A DNA stretch of 63,633 bases, filler included, from Octopus bimaculoides (GCF_001194135.2; 5 parts of 5 records of this genome joined end to end with filler, not necessarily neighbours in it), one strand, 5' to 3'; positions 21,885 through 33,985 are shown, counted from the whole stretch's first letter. The notes: a model not told the origin generated them from the letters alone. Translations and numbers: made by a program.

Positions 21885-22011
21885 ACGGTTCTGGGTTCAG
21901 TCCCACTGCGTGGCACCTTGGGCAAGTGTCTTCTACTATAGCCTCGGGCCGACCAAAGCCTTGTGAGTGAATTTGGTAGACGGAAACTGAAAGAAGCCCG
22001 TCGTATATATG

Positions 22012-22076
<65 letters not shown>

Positions 22077-22106
22077 GTGTGTGTGTGTGTGTGTGNNNNN
22101 NNNNNA

Positions 22107-22139
<33 letters not shown>

Positions 22140-22340
22140 TTGTGTGTCTATGTTTGTCCCCCAACATCGTTTGACAACCGATGGTGGTGTGTTTACGTCC
22201 CCGTAAATTAGCGGTTCGGCAAAAGAGACCGATAAAATAAGTACTAGGCTTACAAAGAATAAGTCCTGGGGTCGATTTGCTCGACTAAAAGGTGATGCTC
22301 CAGCATGGCCACAGTCAAAATGACTGAAACAAGTAAAATA
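21885..22340 (+). mobile_element. SINE family 1 (tRNA-type head, CORE-like ggcaccttgggcaagtgtctt, internal microsatellite)
   Basis: gggttcagtcccactgcgtggcaccttgggcaagtgtcttctactatagcctcgggccgacc...cagcatggccacagtcaaaatgactgaaacaagtaaaa; near-identical copies at 48735 and 50968. Confidence 0.88.
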
Positions 22341-22696
22341 GTAATGACAATATTTAACAAAAAACATCTTTAAATGACGGCCTGACCGTCTGCCAAGCAA
22401 ATGGGAAACAGTAATTGAAGTAGATGGTGAATATGCTCCGGAATAGTTATTTAAAGATGTTATTGTTACATGTTGTTATTGCTTTCGTTGAATAAAATTT
22501 GTTAAAAAAAGCCGCAATAATCATGCATCGACCCAATAGTTGCATGCAGCTGCACATCTGCATTGTACTAACACAGCTTAAGACACGCTAACGTTGATGG
22601 AAAATTAGAAGAGTTTTTCTTTCCAGAATTTGCAATAAAATATTCGAGTGTTTCAAATTGTTTCTTTTCGATATTTATCTTATAAACAGTCGTCGT

Positions 22697-22939
22697 AGTA
22701 AAGATTGTTTTCCAACATAACATGGTAGTCCTGGTCTAGGACGAATGTTGCTGTAATTTAGCCCCAGGAGACATCGTCTCCAGCTAGCTATACGACACGA
22801 TCTGTGTCCTTACATTTTCGTACAATGGACACAGATTGTGTCGTATAGCCAACTGGAGACGATGTCTCCTGGGGCTAAATTACAGCAAGATCCGTCCTAA
22901 ACCAGGACTGCCATGTTATGTTGGCAAACAATCTTTACT
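22697..22939. mobile_element. Fold-back palindromic MITE-like element
   Basis: 113-bp arms 22697-22809 and 22827-22939 are reverse complements with few mismatches; 17-nt loop. Confidence 0.9.
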
Positions 22940-23499
22940 CCAAAGTACTGTTGCTGAATATCTGACGTTGTGAGATTTAAAAATAGTAATTTTCTAACAG
23001 TCGTCGTCCTCATCTTCATGGATCGTACGTCTGCAGCGCAGTGATGACTTTACGACAAAAGTCTTCCCGATTAAAAGCGAGTCCTCCAACTTCCTTGTGC
23101 CTTTTTTATCCAACCAGTTCTTGATATTGTTCACCTATTGCGTTCTTTGCCAACCTCTTGATTCACTCCCTTCTACTTTTCCTTCCATTGTAATATTTTC
23201 CAGACCTCTGTTTCTTCAAATATGGCCATGATAGATGTTCTTTAGATTCTTCACAATGTCCGAGATATACAGTGGGGTCTCTCTATGCGAATAGAATATG
23301 TTCCTGAGCCCTGTTTGCTAACCAAACTGTTCCTTACAAGAGTAACTGATATGTATATAGAGGTAATCCGATCCCAGCCACACCGAAACTCCAATTAAAA
23401 GCATGAAACGAAGTTTTGTCTTTACATCAATAGTTAATACATAAGCTTATACGTATATGTATGTGTGTGTGCATTTGTGTAGGTGTGAATGTGCATGTA

Positions 23500-23538
<39 letters not shown>

Positions 23539-24321
23539 ACGCACTCGTCTTTTCCTTTGTCTTGCTTTTGGTGATTCATGCTTATATTTTTACCAAGAAA
23601 TATGAGAAATATTGCGGAGATGTACTTGCATTCTATATAAAATGGGAAAATTTTCAAGCCCCATGAAGTGCTTGCATGGACTTTAACGAACCTTTTATAT
23701 GTACCCCCTCAGCACTGACGCGTTGTCTAATTACACATGTTGTTCAAATTCCAAATCGTTAAGCGAATGGACTCTCAGTCACTTAAACGCGTGCGCTGTC
23801 TGGTCGTGGTTCGTTGGTCAAATTTCAGCTCGTTGTGCGAGTTCACTTTTCCTCAGAAAAGCCGATCATTATTCAATTAATTCCTTTTGAGATCTGTTTG
23901 TACATGGGTATCCTATTGTAATTTTTTGCATTAAAATTGCATCAGTAAATTAATAATTTGATTTATGAAGTTATTTCTCGTCATCTCACCGTGTTGGAAA
24001 TTAGCTAAATAATCTACCTTGTTAGCGCTAAGTGGATGGTGAATTATTTCGCGAAGATAAATTACAGAATCGGAAAAGAATAAAAAAAAAACTGAGAGTC
24101 ACCATTCTTTATTAATGCTTCTACAGTAAACGCACGCTGTGCTGTGCAATACTCCAAACCATGATAGTAACTAAAAGAAAAAAACGGTAAAATATTAGCT
24201 GCATGATGGTACCATTATCCTCTACCTAACTTCACAAGCGCCACACCAATGGACGTTTATAAATATGGAAGGTATTTCTGCCGCACTTTGCGAGTCAGTT
24301 TAAATGCTACAGGTTTCAGTT

Positions 24322-24545
24322 AAGGTGGTGAGCTGACAGAATCATTAGCACGCCGAGCAAAATACTTTGCGGCATCTCGTCTGTCTTTACGTTCTGAGTT
24401 CAAATCCCGCCGCCGATATCGACTTTACCTTTTTTCTTTCCTTTCGGACTCGATAAAATAAGTACTAGTTGAACACCGGGGTCGATGTAATCGGCTTACT
24501 CCGTCCCAGAAATTTCTGGCCTTGTACGAAAATTTGAAACCGAGA
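24322..24545 (+). mobile_element. SINE family 4 copy
   Basis: taaggtggtgagctgacagaatcattagcacgccgagcaaaatac...gttctgagttcaaatcccgcc...ggtcgatgtaatcg. Confidence 0.8.
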
Positions 24546-24659
24546 TGGGAAGATGTAGTGGCAGACATTCTGCGGCATAATTTGTAATGTGAGAGATAGG
24601 TAGATTTTATTCCTCTTCGTACGTCTGCTGTATATTTCTATAAGAATACTGAAACCTAT

Positions 24660-24880
24660 TACTACGGCACTTCGTCGGTTACGACGACGATGGTTCCAGA
24701 TAATCCGATCAACGGAACAGCCTGCTCATGAAATTAACGTTCAAGTGGCTGAGCACTCCACAGGCATGTGTAACCTTAATGTAGTTATCGGGGGAGATTC
24801 AGCGTGACACAGAGTTTGACAAGGCTGACCCTTTGAAATGCAGGTACAACAGAAACAGGAAGAAAAAGTGAGAGAAAGTT
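24660..24880 (-). mobile_element. SINE family 2 3' half
   Basis: Reverse of the 58960-59160 segment (ttaatttcatgagcaggctgttccgttgatcgga...). Confidence 0.85.
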
Positions 24881-25484
24881 ACGTCCGATGTAAACAGAGT
24901 TGAAATGCATTGTAGAACAAGTAGAAAGATAAATTTTAATCAACGCGTAGATATTGAACAGTAAATATATATATATATATATTGGAGTAGATGTAATGAC
25001 AAGCAAGTTAGGCAAGTCAATTTACACAGAATATAAGACGCATTTAATAAAAAAAATATACATGTGTATGGATATAAAATAGTCCGACTTACAGAATATA
25101 AATATCAGGAGTTAAATGGGTAGAGTTTTAAGAGTCCAACAGCGGTTTCTGGGGGCTTGGTGGTCCGGAATAGTGATAGTTACTTGGATCCATTATCAGA
25201 TAACACCGCCTCCGTCTTCAGGGGAGAATTTTACATTAGAGAATTTTACATTTGAAGACGTACATTTTTTACTATTAAATGTATTTAATATTCCGTGTAA
25301 ATCGACTTGGCTAACTTGCTTGTCCTTACATTTACTCAACTATATAGAGAGCACCTGTCTCTAACCTATATGTATATATACAAAAATAAGAGGAATGACC
25401 AGCAAAAGTGGACTCCTATATGCTAGAAATAGATGCCGAATCATCTAACCACGAAAAATATACTCTCAGTAAAAATTTAGCGAC

Positions 25485-25552
<68 letters not shown>

Positions 25553-25553
25553 T

Positions 25554-25616
<63 letters not shown>

Positions 25617-26572
25617 GAATTTATATATACACACACACAGATATATACATATGTATACACGATGGACTTCCACACCGTTTGTTTCTACAAGATTAACTCA
25701 CAAGGCATTGGCCAGCCCGGGGTCTATAGTAAGAGACTGTTGCCCAAAGTCCTACACAGTTGGACTGAGCCCGAAACCATGTTCTTAACCACACACCCAC
25801 ACCTTCACCTATGTTAGTAATTTATTCAGGTTTATCAGGTTTTTTTTTTTTTTTTTTTTGGTTTTCATGTAAAGCCCAAAGGAACGAACATGATGCCCTG
25901 CATCGAGAAAAACGAAGTAACAAATTAGTTTCGGGTTTAGAAAGGTTGCTTAATGGTAAAGTAAATAGAGAGTGGGGGATTTAAGGGGACAGGGATTAGA
26001 TGACGTTAGCAAGGATCTAGTTTATAATAAGGTACAGTGGTGTGTACAATAAATGAGACAGCTGTCAGATTGCACGAAAGTGTTTCTAGATAGGAGAGTA
26101 AGATGGCTGACAGAACAACTTCCACCCAGAAGAGGTTCTAATAGGGTCAAAGGATTAGAGGGGATTAAAGCGGGTTCGTATACTTGATTGATTGAATTCG
26201 TACATATATATCTGTGTATACGTATGCATATATCTGTCTGTATGAATGTTTATGTGTATGCATGCACACATGTATGCACACATGTATGTATGTATGTATG
26301 TATGTATGTATGTATGTATGTATGTATGTATGTACGTACGTACGTACGTATGTATGTATGTATGTATGTATGTATGTATATATATATATATATATATCTG
26401 TGTGTATGTATGCGTGTGTGATTATATATAGGTAACTCAACGACAAAAATATCTTTCTTCAAAACAAAACGTTTTAATGTCCTTACTAAAAGTTTTTTCT
26501 ATATTTAAGAGATGAGGAATTATTTACATTATTTACATTTGACGGATATTTGTCCTCATCTTGTTTGTTGTT

Positions 26573-26618
26573 AACACAACGTTTCGGCTGATATACCCTC
26601 CAGCCTTCATCAGGTGTC
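26573..26618 (-). ncRNA. Minimal type I hammerhead ribozyme motif (Penelope-type)
   Basis: Minus strand reads GACAC CUGAUGA A GGCUG gagggUAUAU CAGCC GAAAC GUU GUGUU: helix I GACAC/GUGUU, core CUGAUGA and GAAA, helix II GGCUG/CAGCC, vestigial helix III within palindrome AACGUU. Confidence 0.7.
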
Positions 26619-26624
26619 TTGGGA

Positions 26625-26694
26625 AATGGCATAGTGGTTAAGAGCGCGGGCTACTAACCCCAAGATTCCGAGTTCGATTACAGGCAGTGACTTA

Positions 26695-26746
<52 letters not shown>

Positions 26747-27322
26747 GTAATAATAATAATAGTAATAATAATGTAGTACCAGGCAGTGCCTCTCATGGCT
26801 TCTCATCTCAACTGATTGGGAGTGTTATCATGTACATTGTTTTGGTTTGGTGTAAAAGATGGGCTACAGCAAATATTCTGCTTAATACCACAGATTTGCT
26901 TGTCAGTTGTTTGACCTTAACCAGTTGAACATAACCCTTGGTGGCTGACAATATGTGCATTTCTGATCATGAGCAGAAGTAGTGGGGGAGCATCATAGCC
27001 ATGTGTTGAAAAGAACTCTTTGGGGTTTGGATAATTCACCTTTGGAAACATGGGTATTTCGTTCGACATCCTCAACCTTTATTCAAGGACCTTTTGAGCG
27101 GGATGGGCTACTCCACCTGCAGAAAATTCTAACTGGGCCCCACCTGCGAGGTCATGCGTTCTTTATCTTGATGTGAGACCACTATGTCGCGCACATGTGG
27201 TTGTGATGCATGTGCCTGGTGTACCCTTATCTGACGGGTAGTCAAGATGGGTATAATGGGCTTCGTATACTTTACTCCAGTGCCACTTTGATGGCATGCA
27301 CTTCTCTCTCACTCAATAATAA

Positions 27323-27353
<31 letters not shown>

Positions 27354-27458
27354 AATAATATCGAAAAACACCTTAGGAATGAGAATCCAGGTTCGAAATT
27401 TCCCCAAGACACCCGATGAAGGCTGGAGGTTATATCAGCCGTCAAATGTAAATAATGT
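26625..27458 (+). mobile_element. tRNA-headed element with Penelope-like/hammerhead-derived 3' end, interrupted in its (AAT)n
   Basis: A box TGGCATAGTGG 26627-26637, B box GAGTTCGATT 26670-26679, (AAT)n, then 27360-27458 ...ttccccaagacacccgatgaaggctggaggttatatcagcc...gtcaaatgtaaataatgt, the reverse complement of 26497-26627 apart from a deletion. Confidence 0.7.
26772..27314 (+). mobile_element. Non-coding element of about 540 bp nested in an (AAT)n tract
   Basis: Flanked on both sides by (AAT)n; second partial copy at 15373-15605. Confidence 0.7.
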
Positions 27459-27948
27459 TAAAGTTTTTGTCAGGCAATTTATGCAGCGTTGGAAATCAAT
27501 TCTATAACATTTTCTTAGAATAAAACTTCGTGTTGAAAGTCACCATACGTGCTGGGAGTGTAGATGTACCCTGAATTTTAGCAAGTTGTACGTAAGATAT
27601 AAATATCAGAGAATAATATAAAACATATTTAATTGAAAAATTTAACTACCATTCATTAAACTTGTATTTCTTTTAATAAAACTGCTTTTCGTTAGATTAA
27701 TTAGATTCGGTGTATTAATTGGATTAAGAGTATTAAGGAGATTAAATATTACCCATCGCTAAAAAGCAGATGGATTATATTTCTAGGTTTATACGTAAAT
27801 TAAGACATGGAGTACGTATACGCATGCATACATGCAAATATAGATAGATACATACATAAATACGTACATACATATATACATATATATATATAAATCCACG
27901 CATACATACATACTTGTAAAACACACATATACTCATACATAAATACCT

Positions 27949-28002
<54 letters not shown>

Positions 28003-28015
28003 TCATACATACATC

Positions 28016-28303
28016 GTGGCACTCCGTCGGTTGCGACGACGAGGGTTCCAGTTGATCCGATCAATAGAACAGCCTGCTCGTGAAATTAACGTGCAAGTGG
28101 CTGAGCACTCCACAGACACATGTACTCTTAACGTAGTTCTCGTAGAGATTCAGCGTGACACAGAGTGTGACAACGCCGGCCCTTTGAAATACAGGTAGAA
28201 GAGAAACAGGAGGAAAGAGTGAGAGAAAGTTGTGGTGAAAGAGTACAGCAGGGTTTGCCACCACCCCCTGTCACAGCCTCGTGGAGTTTTGGGTGTTTTC
28301 GCT
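28016..28303 (-). mobile_element. SINE family 2 copy, cut by gap
   Basis: Reverse complement of 58870-59157. Confidence 0.88.
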
Positions 28304-28403
28304 NNNNNNNNNNNNNNNNNNNNNNNNNNNNNNNNNNNNNNNNNNNNTTAATTAATTAANNNNNNNNNNNNNNNNNNNNNNNNNNNNNNNNNNNNNNNNN
28401 NNN

Positions 28404-28420
28404 CGACGCTCTTCCGATCT
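28404..28420 (+). other. Illumina TruSeq adapter remnant (assembly contamination)
   Basis: CGACGCTCTTCCGATCT equals the 3' end of the Illumina read-1 adapter ACACTCTTTCCCTACACGACGCTCTTCCGATCT and sits exactly at a contig edge. Confidence 0.95.
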
Positions 28421-28423
28421 CCT

Positions 28424-28479
<56 letters not shown>

Positions 28480-30384
28480 CATTGTTACCTATTTTGTCAA
28501 GTTTTAATAAGACATATGCAAAAAACTTGCGTAGTCTATGAGCTTCTTCTCAAACCTTGTATTGCAAAATTTGATATACGCATACACATAACCGTTGACC
28601 GTCGCTTGGAATATACCTATAGGCATTCGTGTGCACGGCAGAAATAATTATACGGGATATATTATCAAAATTTAATAATGTAATATTTCAATTGTTTCTG
28701 TTTTTTATTTTGTCTTGCAGCGTTTATTACTCATACTATGTAGTATGATTTTTACGCTACACTCATTATGGAATGAACGTCATTAGCTTACAACTGTTCC
28801 TGCTACAATATGTTGTACACTTAGACCTGTGTGGTTGAGCATCACCTTATACTCATATCTTTGGGGTGCGTGCAATTGATAAAAATACATTTCAGAGACA
28901 AGAAAATAAATTTCGTACTCAGTATAGCTGTGAACACAATAGAGATTGGGTGTTTACCCTTATAAGACGGGAAAAAGTCGCCAATAGGACGCCGTACGTA
29001 TATATATATATATATATGNNNNNNNNNNTGTGTGTGTGTGTGTGTGTGTGTGTGTCTGTCTGTCTGTCTGTCTCTCTTTCTCTTTCTCTCTCTCTCTCTC
29101 AATATATGCATATATAAATATATATATATGTGTGTTTGTATAAGTGTGTGTGTTTTTGCATGCAGGTGCGTGTGTCTGTGTGTGTATACATACATACACA
29201 CTCATACATACATACGGACATGTCAGAATGACTCTTTTCTCGGTTCATTATTCTCTTTTTAATCGAAAATGAATGGCACTAATGTGTAGGGACGAGGTGG
29301 AAATTGGTGTTGTTGGTGTTTTTGTAGTTTTATGATATATATATTTTTTATTTATATTTATTCTCATTCATGCAATCGATTAAATGAATATATCATTTTT
29401 TTAATATTATTTTATTACTATCTTTATTACTGTTGTTATTGTCCTTTCATTTTCTACTAGTTGCTGCTGTAGTTGACAATTGCAAAGATGGCGATTTCAA
29501 TTTAGTGATGATGGTAAAACTATTGTTTGTTGCTGTCCTTTTAAAATTCCCTATTGTTGAAGCGGAGAATCTGCATTTTGTTTCATGTGTGATAGTTGAA
29601 TGCAATGTAAAAACAAGGTTCGGTCAGTTGATTCATTTTTATGTCTATCGATTAATGGAGCTTACGCAATATACAGAGAATTTCACGTTATAAATTTTGC
29701 TTCACTGGTTTCCTTCCAAGAATAATGGGGTTTTTTTCGTTTTGCTGTGTTTCGTACGATCTTTTGTTAACTTCCTTATTTAAGATTTGTGTTCCCTTGC
29801 AAATACAAGTTTGCAAATGTTGGAAATGGCATTCACAAATAAGAAATAAATGTAAATCAAAAAATAGCACGCCACTTCAGCGTTGACATGATTTTCACTC
29901 AAAGCTGTATTCTACAGCTCTACGTTTATTGCTAGTTAAATTAATCTTCCCACGCCACGCTGTGTTTCGTAAGCTAGGTACTTATATTAAATTTCTGTAG
30001 CAGTAAGAAGATAGGAGACAAATCTCCAACTTATCCCAGAACAGGACACTAATCCATCACCAATTAACGTTCTTAGTTCAACAAGGAAAATAAAAAGAAG
30101 ACACTGAATAGGAGTTAAGTAATGGGAGAATGCAAAAGACGGAGAGAGAGAGAGGGAGAGAGAGAGAGAGAGAGGAAATATGCATTAGATGAAGGAAAGA
30201 AAAAGAAGAAAAATGAAATGCAGTTGAGAGTTAGAATACGAGCTGCGAGAAATATAGATTCAAAATGAGAAATAAAGAAACAGGCTAGTAATTTTCCAAC
30301 TAGATAATCCAAGGAGAAAATGAGAATAAAGTTAAGCGTCTTAACTAAAGACAGCGTGCAACATCTGCTCTGAATATAAAGTCA

Positions 30385-33300
30385 TGTCCTGTAGTGACAA
30401 TCAGTGTAAATGAGAGGTTGAGTCAGCAGGTGAGTGCAGAGAGAAGCTGAATAAGATATATAATTACTTAAGCGAAAGGGAAATATACGTGGAGGTAAAT
30501 AGAAACATGTAAGCGAATAAGTTATAAAAAAATTTATTGCGAAAAGAGCGGTGGAGAGACAGAAAAAAGAGAGAGTGATAGTGTCATTTCATATTCTTTA
30601 CATTACACGAAACTACACGATTGTCATATGGAGTGAAGTGTCGCTAAATTCAGGATCAATCCATGTCTGGTTCGTGATTTTTCAATCTAAGAGGATTGAA
30701 GTGCATTCATACAGAACTTGGTATTTGTTGCACCCATCCTTTAGCTTGTGGTAATAAATGTGTTTTTATTCTCTTCGGGAATATCAATACAAACTAAATG
30801 ATGTGAGCTGCTTATAAGTTTTGATAAATGTGTTCAGCCTACGCCTTCTATGTTTATATATCTCTATACTACAGATCTAGTTATCCAGGAGTACCCCATT
30901 TTTAACCCTAAACACTGTGAACCCATGACCAAACTTTACTGAGTCCGTGCGATGTGCTTTTACACGTATTGGGTGCTATTTCAGTTTAGTAACGACCAAT
31001 CAGAAATAGCGCTAAGCAGAATTAAATCTTTTACTTCATTAATACTGTATTCCTTCATATATTGCTAGGACAGACGAAAAATACATTTTATCTCACAATG
31101 ACAATAATGTCAAATAGTAATAAACTATTAGGGATTGAATCAACTATGTTCTTGGCAGGTGGTCTTACAGTTTGCAATACGTAAAACCTTCTGATAATAA
31201 CACCGATTTAAATATTTACACTCCAGATAAACATCTATTTTCTAACCAGAATGTTACACATGAATGAATATATTTCATTCTCATACCAGATTTTATATTT
31301 AGGTATTTGTCATAAATATTGTCAAGATAAAATTTATTATATTTATTGCATGGATTATGAATCAGATACATATAATGAAATTTCCTAGCATCACATATCT
31401 CTCTGTACACATTTTGTGTCTTTATTACTATACATATATTTGCATGTAAATTTCTGAGTCTGTTTTCATGTATCTTCCGTTAAATACATGACTGTATTCA
31501 AGTTTTATCTTTCATATCTCATATTTTTCGTATTTTCTTATTATTTCTTTACAGTTAGTGTCCTTAAATTTATATTCAAATTTTCCAGAACTTTACTGTC
31601 TTGCTTTCAATTACTGAATATATTCAGCATCTGTTTCGTTTCTTATATACAAGTTACACTCATGGAGACTCCCCCGCCAAAGTATTTTTAAACATTAGGC
31701 TTCTTCATTTGTAATATTCTACTGATGTGTTTGTCTAACTCGAATTTTTACTATTAGATTTTAATGTGAGTACACGCGTGCAAATGTTTCGACATGTGTA
31801 TTTGCGTATTTATTTTCGCATTATATTGTGATATGAGCATCGCTTTCATAATTAATCTTCTATTTCATGGGGAATTTTATAGAGTACGTATGTATTATTT
31901 TCAAATATTTTTCTATCTAACATTGCTTTGTAGACTACAGTATATATGTTTGACGATACGTGAATACTCTTAATGCCTGATGACTATAGGGAGGAGTAAT
32001 GTAATAGAATGTCGAATGTAACTGTTAGAGTCTTGAAGTTTGCAAATTTCAGTATTACATTCAAAGCTATAGATTATAGTGGTCATTAAATTGTTCATAC
32101 TTGTTTACATGTTTATTTACATATTTGTGATATGATATTGTTAAGGAGATTGTGTGTTTTGGGTTTTCATTATGTATTCGTCTGTTCGATAGTTTTTTTA
32201 AAATATATTTGATATAGCATATTTCATATGAGATTTGCGTATATTGTGTATTTTCCATAAGGTGTTTGTTGTTCGGGATTTGCATAACAGTTTCATCTAT
32301 TTGTCTCTTACAATAATCGTTCATAACTACTGTTTGTTTTCTATATTTTTCTTTATCTAGTGCCTTATTTGTGGACGAGAATAAAATTCTCTTCTAGGGA
32401 GTGACCACCCTCACCATGTAGGTATACGCATATATTTGAGTCTTTGGTGATTACCGATGTAATGTATCTGATTTTGGGTTGTTTTTTTGCTGTAGTGTCC
32501 TGTAGTGACAATCAGTGTAGATGAGAAGTTGAGTCAGCAGGTGAGGGCATAGAGGAGCTGAATAAGATATATAATTACTTAAGCGAAAGGGAACTATATG
32601 TTTTTGCTTTTTGTTTTTGTTAATATCAGAAAAATTGGGCCGTATCTGTATCATTTTGGTTGTAAATTTTAGTACAAATTTGTCTAGGTTTTCACAAATT
32701 CCTTTTCATTTATCCATTTTAACTAGAATAACACGTGTGCATCCCTTGTATATTATGTGTTTTGATGTTTTTCTCTGTATACATACCCTCTAAGGTGGAG
32801 GTGAAGGCTATAGCCATCTAATGTGTTTGTCTTTATAAATAATCTTGCAAGCTGCAAAACGGCGCTTCAATTGCAATATCATGAATAACTATGTTTGTAA
32901 AGTAACTGGTTTTATTTTTGAATATGTGTATACGTCTTCTATTACGACCATGTTTCTGCAACTGGTAAGTTGGTGCGAACATTTTTTACACCTAATCTGG
33001 AAATGATGGCAGCTGTATTGGTTTCTTCTAAAATGTGTATATGCACCTCGGATGATTTCGTGCAAAATTTTTGTGGTATGCATTCTTCGATAATGTTGTC
33101 TATTTGTTGGCGTGTGTGGGTGTGCCTGTATTTATTTGAGAAATTATGTAGATGAGGGATTTGTGTAGTTTATTCTTACTGTGCAGTATATCTGTGCGAG
33201 GTAGAACTGTCTATTTCAGTGCGTGCAAAGTAATGTGATTATATTTGTGCATTTAATATTTTGATTAATTTATTTCATCTAACTTTTAGTTTAACTGTTC

Positions 33301-33570
33301 TGGATCTATCTTTCTTTTGGTCATATTTGTATTTCGATTTTCGCGGAAATCATTACCAAATTTGAAGAGAAATTTTTAGTCTGTGTTCAGTGTGTGTTTT
33401 ATGAATTAATGAATTTATCCGCTTCTATGGTTAGAGGTGTTTCTTCTTTATGTTGTTAACTACGCTTGTTTATGATGTTACTTCTAATGCGTCTAGAGAG
33501 ATTATTCTGTATTTTATTGATGTTCTTCCTATAATTTATACATATAAAATCCTTTGTCTCTCTGTCTGTC
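30385..33570 (-). mobile_element. Degenerate Penelope-like retroelement region with 105-bp direct repeat
   Basis: Direct repeats 30385-30489 and 32496-32600. Minus strand is A-rich with broken frames such as EIIRKYEKYE..KIKLEYSHVFN (31480-31560) that recall PLE ORF N-termini. Assignment from memory, heavily decayed. Confidence 0.4.
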
Positions 33571-33654
33571 CCAAATGCATTCTCAAACGGCTCAACCAAA
33601 TCAAATCAAATTTTACATGTTAATACTATCATACCTTTATGAGTGTCAACATGG

Positions 33655-33782
33655 AATTTTTTCGGATGAATACGATGAAGGCTACATATGATGAAGGCTA
33701 CAGAGTATATCAGCCGAAACGTTGTTTTAACAACAAACAGAATGAGGAAAAATATCCGTCAAATGTAATTAATGTAAATACT
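33655..33782 (+). mobile_element. Third, degenerate copy of the hammerhead-bearing Penelope-like end
   Basis: gatgaaggctaca x2 ...tatatcagccgaaacgttgttttaacaacaaacagaatgaggaaaaatatccgtcaaatgtaa matches the reverse of 26520-26612. Confidence 0.75.
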
Positions 33783-33926
33783 GTATACCATTTTAATTCC
33801 GAGCAACGCCGGAATTAAATGTATCATTTACATTTTTAACAACTTTTGTATGATTTTGGCTGTTGTATTTCCATTCTTTTTAGTTGCTGGTCAAACCCAC
33901 TTTCTAATGCATTACACCCTATGTTT

Positions 33927-33985
<59 letters not shown>

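Noticed and set aside
26625-26690. tRNA gene; likewise 35395-35460, 58795-58850 and 61895-61960
   Set aside because: A and B boxes are present but no complete acceptor stem or poly-T terminator; they continue into repeat bodies, so they are SINE heads.
30445-30482. Hammerhead in the 105-bp direct repeat (ctgaataag...gcgaaag)
   Set aside because: Core is CUGAAUA rather than CUGANGA in both copies and helices I and III are not evident.
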